Shown: piece by piece, positions 9,029 to 16,090 of the stretch | How positions within the stretch are numbered: position 1 is the stretch's first letter | Layout: every line of letters begins with the position of its first letter | NCBI GenBank assembly: GCA_965214185.1 | Contig: CBDCBF010000002.1 | Span: forward strand, 2,796 to 34,795 | DNA length: 32,000 nt | Reading direction: 5' to 3' | Source: Dehalococcoidia bacterium | GTDB lineage: Bacteria > Chloroflexota > Dehalococcoidia > Lucifugimonadales > UBA1123 | Position numbers and translations under genes: made by a program | Notes under the pieces: generated by a model | What the model was told of the DNA's origin: nothing | Databases searched by the model: none | Seen by the model: only the letters and a program-made list of their open reading frames with translations

Positions 9029-9539
9029 CCTTCCGGATCTTCTCCTGCAACTGCATTATCCCGTGCATCAGCGCTTCGGGACGCGGTGGACATCCCGGAA
9101 CATACACATCAACCGGGATGAGATGATCCACCCCCATCACGACCGAATACGAGCGATAGTACGGCCCTCCATTCGTCGCGCAGCTACCCATCGCGACAAC
9201 CCACTTCGGGTCCGGCATCTGCTCATACAGCAACTTGATAGGCTCCGCCATCTTCTTGACCACTGTCCCCGCCACTATCATCACATCCGCCTGTCTCGGC
9301 GACGGCCAGGTAACAACCCCGAACCTGTCCAGATCGTGATGCGACATATGAGTACTCATCATCTCGATAGCGCAGCACGCCAGTCCAAACGAGAGCGTCC
9401 AGAGCGAATTCTTGCGCGCCAGCGCGAACAACTCGTCGGACTTCGCTGTGAGCGCGTTCGGCAGCGCCCGATTGAACACGCTGTCCGCCGGCGTGTTGCC
9501 CCTGCCCGGCCGGTAACCCTGTCCCAGACTCATCTCCAT
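9000..9539 (-). CDS. nuoB: NADH-quinone oxidoreductase subunit B
   Basis: NuoB motifs are present ([35 protein letters not shown]). The track ORF is over-extended into nuoA. Likely starts are ATG 9539 or ATG 9533, the latter forming an ATGA overlap with the nuoA stop. Confidence 0.9.
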   Translation of the reverse strand: MEMSLGQGYRPGRGNTPADSVFNRALPNALTAKSDELFALARKNSLWTLSFGLACCAIEMMSTHMSHHDLDRFGVVTWPSPRQADVMIVAGTVVKKMAEPIKLLYEQMPDPKWVVAMGSCATNGGPYYRSYSVVMGVDHLIPVDVYVPGCPPRPEALMHGIMQLQEKIRKDAAQSGAEG

Positions 9540-9898
9540 TGCAAGACCCCCTTTCGCCACCCGTATATGATACCGAAGAACAGGATAGCGATGAAAATCA
9601 GCATCTCGTAGAAGACCGCCGGTATCGTCTTCAGAAACACAATCGCCCACGGAAACAGGAACACCGCCTCCACATCGAATATCAGGAACAGAATGGCGAA
9701 CACATAGTAGCGGATGTTTATCTGCGACCACGTGAACGGCGCCGGCGGGATGCCGCACTCGTAGGGAATCTCCTTCTGCTCAGAGCGTCGCCTCGGCGCC
9801 AGAACGTAGGATACGCCGAACAGCGCGCCCATAGCGGCGAGTCCCACCGCCGCCACTAGCAACACAGCTATCCAGTTGATGTTGTAGGCTTCCGGCAT
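9530..9898 (-). CDS. nuoA: NADH-quinone oxidoreductase subunit A
   Basis: A 122-aa, 3-TM ORF with IPYECGIPP and [23 protein letters not shown]. It is the first gene of the operon. Confidence 0.9.
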   Translation of the reverse strand: MPEAYNINWIAVLLVAAVGLAAMGALFGVSYVLAPRRRSEQKEIPYECGIPPAPFTWSQINIRYYVFAILFLIFDVEAVFLFPWAIVFLKTIPAVFYEMLIFIAILFFGIIYGWRKGVLQWR

Positions 9899-9957
9899 TT
9901 CGCGCGAACTCAGCCTCAGACGGATTAGATCGGCGTAGAGATACCGACGCCCGACCC

Positions 9958-9979
9958 ATATGCTACAAGAGTACCATAT
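9958..9979. promoter_or_regulatory. imperfect palindrome ATATGCTAC-aaga-GTACCATAT in the nuoA / GT-C divergent spacer (candidate operator)
   Basis: The 9-bp arms have one mismatch and are separated by a 4-bp spacer. The site is AT-rich within GC-rich flanks and lies 60-80 bp upstream of the nuoA ATG. Confidence 0.3.
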
Positions 9980-10158
9980 TCAGGTCGCTGTTCGCACAGA
10001 CTGTCATCGTCAGGAACACACGAGGGAAGCGTCACAAAATGGTACGTGTAAGAGGAGGTTGCCGGTTGGGGTGGACCGTTCTTAACCTTCATCCCGTCCT
10101 TCGGCGTCGGCGCGCGCCGTCCAACGAGGTAGCCGCCGGCTGGACTGACGGGCCGGTG

Positions 10159-10167
10159 TGCTATAAT
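10159..10167 (+). promoter_or_regulatory. extended -10 promoter element TGcTATAAT, predicting a leaderless transcript
   Basis: A perfect TATAAT lies at 10162-10167, preceded by TG at 10159-10160. The ATG of the downstream gene is at 10174, which leaves 6 nt between the -10 and the A of the ATG. There is no Shine-Dalgarno sequence. Confidence 0.55.
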
Positions 10168-11233
10168 TTCGCCATGCGAATCGGATTCCCGGTCTCCCGA
10201 CTGTACTTCATCGTTTCTATCCTACCTTGGCTGGCGCTGCTGGGTTGGCTGGCCTCGGTATCATGGTTTCTCACTGACGACGCCTTTATCAGCTTTCGCT
10301 ACGTCCGCAACCTGCTGGAGGGGCACGGGCTGGTTTTCAACGTCGGCGAGCGGGTCGAGGGGTACTCCAACTTCCTGTGGGTATTGGAACTGGCGGCAGT
10401 CTGGGGCATCCTGGGGATACGGCCCGAACACGCCGCGCCGTGGCTGTCGGTAGTATTCACCGCCGGAACCGTCGCCACGCTGCTGTGGTGGGCGCTCCGC
10501 GCGCCGTCGCTGCGCTATCGGGGGCTGACGGCGTGGATGGCGTTGGGGTTGTTGTGCAGCAGCGCGACTTTTGCAGTGTGGACTTCCGGCGGCGGGCTGG
10601 AAACCCGGCAGTTCACCTTCCTTGTCGTCCTGTCGGTGGTCTGCCTGGCCCTGTACCGAGGCAATCGCTGGGGTTTGCTGGCCGCGTCTTTGAGCCTGGC
10701 CGCCGCCGCGCTGACCCGGCCGGAGGGGCCGCTGATTGCGGTCTTGTGCTTTGGCTGGTTCGTCATACAGCGGATGGTTGATTGCCGGCCGGCTGCGGCT
10801 GGACTGGCGGGAGCTGGCCGGTCTGGTGGCCCCTTTCGTCCTGATAGTAGGGGCGCATTTCCTGTTCCGCTACGCCTACTATGGCGAGTGGCTGCCCAAC
10901 ACCTACTACGCCAAGCACGTGCGCCCGTGGTACGAATCGGGGTTCCGCTACCTGTGGGCAGCGGCGTTGGAAACCGGGCTGTACGTGTTGCTGCCCTTGG
11001 CCGTTATCGCCTTGCGGGAACGTTGGCGTGAATATCGCGACGGCACGTATGGGCTGGTTCTGCTGCTGGTCATCGTGCACATGGCCTATGTGATGCGGAT
11101 TGGCGGCGACCATTTTGAGTGGCGTCCGCTGGATTTCTACTGGCCCCTGCTGGCATTGCCGGCGGCGGTGGGTATCGTGCAGCTGGGCAGCCGGATTGCG
11201 GGCAAGGCGCGGCAGATACGAACAACTGTACGA

Positions 11234-11243
11234 GGGGGGGGGG
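11234..11243 (+). repeat. G10 homopolymer inside the GT-C-like coding sequence
   Basis: The sequence cgaGGGGGGGGGGtatttt was read directly. It encodes RGGGV in the currently open frame 2. Confidence 0.95.
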
Positions 11244-11788
11244 TATTTTCAAGTCCGCCGACGTGGGCCTTGCTGCTGTTCGTTGCGGTCATATTTTACG
11301 CCAGCGCAATGCAGGCGGCGCTGCTGTTTGAGGGGGCCAAAAAAGCTGAACACACCTGGGCAACCGATATAGAACTCGGCGAGGAAAACGCCGGTTGGCT
11401 GCTGACGGCGCCGGGGATGTCCGCGCTGGTCGCCATCTCCAACGACTTGAGAAGTAGTTTAGTCCGGCAGGCCGTGGGTATGCGGTTCGTGGAGCATCGC
11501 GAATTCGCCGACCTGCAGCTTGGGCGGTGGCAGCCCTACGAGAATATGGAACGGGGGATTATCCCCAGCGATGCGGTAACAGCCCTCCCCACTATCGGCA
11601 TACCACCCTACTACCTCCCGGAGCTGGCCGTCATCGACGAGCTTGGCCTGACCGACGCCACGGTGGCGCGTAACCCTGTCATTAGATCCAACCGCGAGCG
11701 TCAGATGGCTCATGATCGTCGCGTACCACCCGGATACTTGGAGGAGCGGGGCGTCAACATTACCATTCACCCCGCAGTCGCCACTGCG

Positions 11789-11850
11789 GAACAGGCAATT
11801 TGCTCGCGAAGATTATGCGAAACAGGCAATTTGCCCGGGAGATTATGCGG
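11789..11850 (+). repeat. 31-bp tandem direct duplication (second copy 30 nt plus 1)
   Basis: gaacaggcaatttgctcgcgaagattatgcg at 11789-11819 is followed by aaacaggcaatttgcccgggagattatgcg(g) at 11820-11850. The period is not a multiple of 3. Confidence 0.9.
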
Positions 11851-11936
11851 TGCCGTTCGGAGCCGGACTCTGGATGCCCTTTGACTCTAACTACCCGGAA
11901 TGGGTCAGCGTCCGTTTTGCTGGACACGACTTGATA

Positions 11937-11978
11937 GACCGGTCCAGTTATCTGGACGACAGGTCCAGTTATCTGGAG
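11937..11978 (+). repeat. 21-bp in-frame tandem duplication (DRSSYLD/DRSSYLE)
   Basis: gaccggtccagttatctggac at 11937-11957 is followed by gacaggtccagttatctggag at 11958-11978, with 19 of 21 positions identical. Confidence 0.9.
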
Positions 11979-12498
11979 CGGACAATAAGCGGTCGGCAGC
12001 CGGCCTTACTCTCCGGCTACGAGGTCTATGTCATCAATAACCGCCTGATATACCGCAAAGAACGGTGCCGCGAATCCGACACAATCCACAAGTTCTTCTT
12101 GCACTTAATCCCGTTTGACGTCAGCGACCTGCCCGATCGCCGCAAAGAGTACGGGTTTGATAACCTTGACTTCAATTTCAAGGACCATGGCCGCATAGAC
12201 TCCGGCGCAACCTGCTTTGCCGCGCGGGAACTGCCGGACTACAATATCGTCAGTATCCGCACCGGTCAGTACATACCCGACGAGGGGCGCATTTGGGAGG
12301 GAGAGTTTCGCGTCGAGCGCGAATAACTTTCGACCCCTCCGTCCCTACGATGCGCTATACTGTGCGGCCGCCGCCGGCAATTCTCCTAACTCTGCGTAAG
12401 GTCAGTATACTAAGATATACAAAACCACCGAAATCCGGACGCGACCGCCCCGTTCGTTATCCCGTCCGGCTCGCGCATGAGGTTGACAGATAGGCGTC

Positions 12499-12954
12499 AT
12501 GAAGAATTACTGGCTCATAGGCGGCGGATTGATCTTGGCTGCGCTGCTCATAACCAGCGTCGTAGCCGCCCTGTTCCGGGACGAGGCCGAGTTCGCGCCC
12601 GGCTCGCCCGAGGCCGCAGTCCAAAACTACCTGCGCGCCCTGAACAACGACGACTTCCACGCCATATATGACGGTCTGTCCCCCGAACTACAAGAAAAAT
12701 GCTCCATCGAGGATATGTTCAAATTCTCTGACAGATGGCAAACCGGCGAAAAAAGGATCACCATAGACAACATGAGGACATTCGACGACACAACCTTTAT
12801 AACCGTCAGAATAGCCCAATTCCAACGCGTTGACCTGTTCAGTTCCGGCGAGTATTCTTTCGATGAAACCTTCGCGCTAAAACAGTTCGACGGAAGCTGG
12901 AAGCTCTCTCAGCTCCCTTGGCCTCACTTCCATTGTTCAACCGACTCGCCCTGA
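12499..12954 (+). CDS. hypothetical membrane-anchored protein, NTF2/SnoaL-like (DUF4878-like) ectodomain
   Basis: A 151-aa ORF with an N-terminal TM helix (YWLIGGGLILAALLITSVVAALF). This is followed by SPEAAVQNYLRALNNDDFHAIYDGLS and a beta-rich tail, the usual pattern of small NTF2-like domains. The family call is tentative. Confidence 0.65.
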   Translation: MKNYWLIGGGLILAALLITSVVAALFRDEAEFAPGSPEAAVQNYLRALNNDDFHAIYDGLSPELQEKCSIEDMFKFSDRWQTGEKRITIDNMRTFDDTTFITVRIAQFQRVDLFSSGEYSFDETFALKQFDGSWKLSQLPWPHFHCSTDSP

Positions 12955-13009
12955 GCCGGAACATCCGATACACACACTTGCGCGATGAGAGACAGGTGAA
13001 ATCTTCGCC

Positions 13010-14818
13010 ATGGGCATTCTGGACACCATTGACATTCTGCTGATACCGCTCGCGATTGTGGGCGGGATAATATACGCCATCTACGCATGGCGCGGCGGCG
13101 GCAACCCCGATGCCAACCACGACTCCGGACTGGGGACGCTGAAACGCCTCTACTTCTACGGCATCGCATTCGCCGCCCTCATGACGCTCGTCGCCGGAAT
13201 CTCGCTGGCGGCGCAGAGTCTCCTCAACACCCTATTCGACGGAAAAGCTCTCTCACTCTCATCCAGCCAAATCGCCTGGGGACTCTCCCTGATAATCGTC
13301 GCTCTGCCTCTATGGGCTTTTCACTGGCGATTCATACTGCGAAACGTCGCCGCCATGCCCGTCGAACACCGCTCCGTCATCAGAAAGCTATACATATATC
13401 TAACGCTTGGAGTATCGCTCGGCTTCCTCATGGGAGTCTCCTACGAAATAATCAAGTGGGCCATGCGAGCGGGCGACTTCCCCGAATTCAGCCTCGCCTC
13501 CGTCCTACCCTGGTCCATGGTCTGGGGATACCACTGGCAGATAGAGTCCGCCGAGGGACAGCCATCCGTGGAGACTCGCGCAATCCGCAGGCTCTACCTG
13601 TACGCATCCTCACTGGTGGGCGTGGCAATGCTCGCCGTCGGCGCCGGCGCCATTATCCACACCCTGCTCCAGGACGCATACACCGCCCTTTTTCTCGAAA
13701 CCGTCACTCTTATGAACTGGGAGGGACTTGCTCACGAGTCCCTGCGAACCGACCTCGTCGTGGCCATCGTAGGCGGAGCGGTGTACTGGACTCACTGGGG
13801 CAAGTTCGCGCGCGACGACAGAAACTCCGTCCTGCGCTGGATATTCCTATTCATAGCGTCCATCGGCGGCGCGGCCGCCGCTCTCGCGGGCGTCGGGGTC
13901 ATGGCAGCCACTACCCTATCCTGGCTGCTCGCCGCGACGAGCGAACCCGCCGCGCTCCACTTCGACGATATGCCGAGCGCCATCGCCATATCAGGCGTTG
14001 GCGCAATCGCCTGGGCTCTATTCTGGCGTCGCGCGCTCATAGAGGCGGTCGGCGACTATGCCATACCCGTCCGGCGAACCCTCCGGCACCTTACGGCCGC
14101 GCTGGGACTCGTCGCGCTCGCAGGCGCCGCATTCGTGATATTCAACACCGCCCTGACCATACTCGCCGAAAGCCTGGGCGCGACCATGACGGACAGCGAC
14201 GCATGGCGGTCGTCAGTAGCCTCCATACTCGCCATGCTCATTATAGGCATTCCCGTCTGGGGCTACTACTGGCGACGTCTGCGCGCGGAGGCGAGCGCCA
14301 ACCCTGAAGCGGAGGCCGCCGCGCTGTCCCACAGGGCTTACCTGTTCGCGGTAATGGGAGCCGGCGCCCTCGCGTTTTTGATTGGTGGAGTCGGAACCTT
14401 GTTCGTCATGCTCCGCGACCTCCTGGACTCCGAACTATCGGTACAGACGCTCCGCGACCTTACCCCCGTAGCCGGCGGCGCGCTCACCGCCGCGCTCTTT
14501 CTGCCGTACCACTGGGCCATCTATCGCGCGAACCAGCTCCTCGGGCCCGACGACACCCCGCCCCCCGCCTCTCGACCCATCCGAAAGCGCGTAACCATTC
14601 TCGCGGCCGGCGGCGGCTCCGCGCTCGCGCAAACCATCGAGCAAGCCGTCGGATACCCCATCCGCGAGGCCCGCTGGTCGGACCCGGAAGCCTTCGTTCC
14701 CACACTCAACGAAGACCAAGCGTCTCGAATCGCCGACGAAATATCCCAAGCCGGAGGCTCCTACGTCCTACTCATCCCCGACCAAGCCGCCGGCCTGAGA
14801 ATCGTCTCATACGACTGA
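13010..14818 (+). CDS. hypothetical polytopic membrane protein with six tandem 2-TM repeat units (DUF5671-like) and a C-terminal soluble domain
   Basis: A 602-aa ORF. Each repeat unit begins with a basic-x-LY-x-Y-type motif (LKRLYFYG, IRKLYIYL, IRRLYLYA, LRWIFLFI...). Each unit ends with an aromatic W-x-x-(H/Y/F)-W motif (LWAFHWRF, VWGYHWQI, VYWTHWGK, IAWALFWRR, VWGYYWRR, LPYHWAIY). The last ~90 aa (RKRVTILAAGGGSALAQ...RIVSYD) are non-membrane. Confidence 0.8.
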   Translation: MGILDTIDILLIPLAIVGGIIYAIYAWRGGGNPDANHDSGLGTLKRLYFYGIAFAALMTLVAGISLAAQSLLNTLFDGKALSLSSSQIAWGLSLIIVALPLWAFHWRFILRNVAAMPVEHRSVIRKLYIYLTLGVSLGFLMGVSYEIIKWAMRAGDFPEFSLASVLPWSMVWGYHWQIESAEGQPSVETRAIRRLYLYASSLVGVAMLAVGAGAIIHTLLQDAYTALFLETVTLMNWEGLAHESLRTDLVVAIVGGAVYWTHWGKFARDDRNSVLRWIFLFIASIGGAAAALAGVGVMAATTLSWLLAATSEPAALHFDDMPSAIAISGVGAIAWALFWRRALIEAVGDYAIPVRRTLRHLTAALGLVALAGAAFVIFNTALTILAESLGATMTDSDAWRSSVASILAMLIIGIPVWGYYWRRLRAEASANPEAEAAALSHRAYLFAVMGAGALAFLIGGVGTLFVMLRDLLDSELSVQTLRDLTPVAGGALTAALFLPYHWAIYRANQLLGPDDTPPPASRPIRKRVTILAAGGGSALAQTIEQAVGYPIREARWSDPEAFVPTLNEDQASRIADEISQAGGSYVLLIPDQAAGLRIVSYD

Positions 14819-14832
14819 ACGCTCTCCTCGTT

Positions 14833-16020
14833 CTACCAGTTCGTCAGCGCCCCGTCATTGCGCCTGAGCTGCGGAGGCCAGCCATTCAGGGGCGCCGGGT
14901 TAGCGCTCGCGAAATCCTCGTCAAAGTCAACCCCCAGACCCGGCCTGTCCGACGGCGTCCACGAATACCCGTCCGCCCACTCTATCTGGACGGGGAACAG
15001 ATCAGTGGCGAAACTGCCCGGACGCCTCGGCATCTCCTGAACGCCCACATTAGTCGAGGCCATACACAGATTCACGCACGCCGCCGCGCTCACAGGCCCA
15101 AGCGGATTGTGCGGCACAATATTAATGTAGTGCGTCTCCGCCCAATGCGTGATCTTCAGCGCCTCCGTCAGACCGCCCACTATGCAAAGGTCTATGCGCG
15201 CGTAGCTGATAAGCTCTTCCTCGATTACCTCGCGGAACGACCATTTGGAAGCCCACTGCTCGCCCGCCGCTATCGGCAGCGATACGTGCCTCGCCAGCGT
15301 GCGATAGCTCGCCGGATTCTCCGACCTTATCGGATCCTCTATGAAGAACGGATTGTACGGCTCAAGGGCGCGACACATGGTCACCACATGAGCCGTGTCC
15401 AGCCGGGTGTGAGAGTCGAAGCACAATCGGATATCCGGCCCAACCGCCTCTCTCACCATCGCCATCTGCTCTTCCGCCATCCTGACAGACTCGACCGGCT
15501 CCAGAATCCCCGGCTCGCCGAGAGGATCGCTCGCGCTGCGATACTCAAGCGCTCCGCCCGTTTCCGGCTGTCCCCAGCGAACGAACTTCCACCCCTCCGC
15601 CACCGCGCGCTTCGAGTTCTCCACAAGCTCCTCATTCGTCCGACCCTGCGTATGCGGATAGCAGACCACCTTGTCCCGCGTCGGCCCGCCCAACAGCTTG
15701 TACACAGGCATACCCACCGACTTCCCCTTAATGTCCCACAGCGCTATGTCAATCCCGCTTATCGCGCAGCAATACACCTTGTCCGCCGGGAAGAAACCTC
15801 CCCTGAACATCTGCTGCCACAACCGCTCCGTGCTCCACGGATCCTGTCCTATCACCGCCTCAGACAAATGTCGAATGGCCTGCGTAATAGCCCCGCCCCA
15901 ATTCCGTATGCCTATCTCCCCCAGCCCGTATATCCCTTCATCCGTCTCCACCTTGACAATGTAGTAGCTGCCGCCCTCTCCGTCCTGTACCGAATAGGGC
16001 TTTATACCCGTAACCTTCAT
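14833..16020 (-). CDS. enolase-superfamily enzyme, mandelate racemase/muconate lactonizing family, D-galactonate dehydratase-like
   Basis: A 395-aa ORF with GIDIALWDIKGK. The metal-ligand and catalytic positions are FDSH, FIEDP, AAGEQW and VPHNPLGP. An AAGGAG Shine-Dalgarno sequence lies 7 nt upstream of the ATG. Confidence 0.85.
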   Translation of the reverse strand: MKVTGIKPYSVQDGEGGSYYIVKVETDEGIYGLGEIGIRNWGGAITQAIRHLSEAVIGQDPWSTERLWQQMFRGGFFPADKVYCCAISGIDIALWDIKGKSVGMPVYKLLGGPTRDKVVCYPHTQGRTNEELVENSKRAVAEGWKFVRWGQPETGGALEYRSASDPLGEPGILEPVESVRMAEEQMAMVREAVGPDIRLCFDSHTRLDTAHVVTMCRALEPYNPFFIEDPIRSENPASYRTLARHVSLPIAAGEQWASKWSFREVIEEELISYARIDLCIVGGLTEALKITHWAETHYINIVPHNPLGPVSAAACVNLCMASTNVGVQEMPRRPGSFATDLFPVQIEWADGYSWTPSDRPGLGVDFDEDFASANPAPLNGWPPQLRRNDGALTNW

Positions 16021-16090
16021 CTATCGCTCCTTGAATGGCGAAAATCGCCCAGATTTCATCCCGTTTGTCCTACGCCGCCGGATAGAGAAC

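Larger units (their letters stand above)
10174..12326 (+). pseudogene. GT-C-fold-like polytopic membrane glycosyltransferase (ArnT/PMT/arabinofuranosyltransferase-type architecture), disrupted into three ORFs
   Basis: The fragments are 10039/10174..11031 (frame 1), 10736..11884 (frame 2) and 11712..12326 (frame 3). The N-terminal part carries a DD motif after TM1 (FLTDDAFISFRYVRNLLEGHGLVFNVGERVEGYSNFLW). The middle part carries FRYAYYGEWLPNTYYAK and further TM helices. The C-terminal part appears soluble. The frames reconnect if about 1 nt near 10770-10776 and one copy of a 31-bp tandem duplication (11789-11819) are removed, leaving 2121 nt, or 707 codons. The functional family assignment rests on recollection only. 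Confidence 0.7.

Noticed and set aside
10039-10173. 45-codon N-terminal extension of the GT-C-like ORF (ATG at 10039)
   Set aside because: The translation (MVRVRGGCRLGWTVLNLHPVLRRRRAPSNE...) is not protein-like. A perfect extended -10 element lies inside it, placing the likely transcript start at the ATG at 10174.
12483-12488. Perfect TTGACA hexamer upstream of the 151-aa gene
   Set aside because: It lies only 10 nt before the ATG at 12499, so it cannot serve as a -35 element for that gene. No matching -10 element follows.
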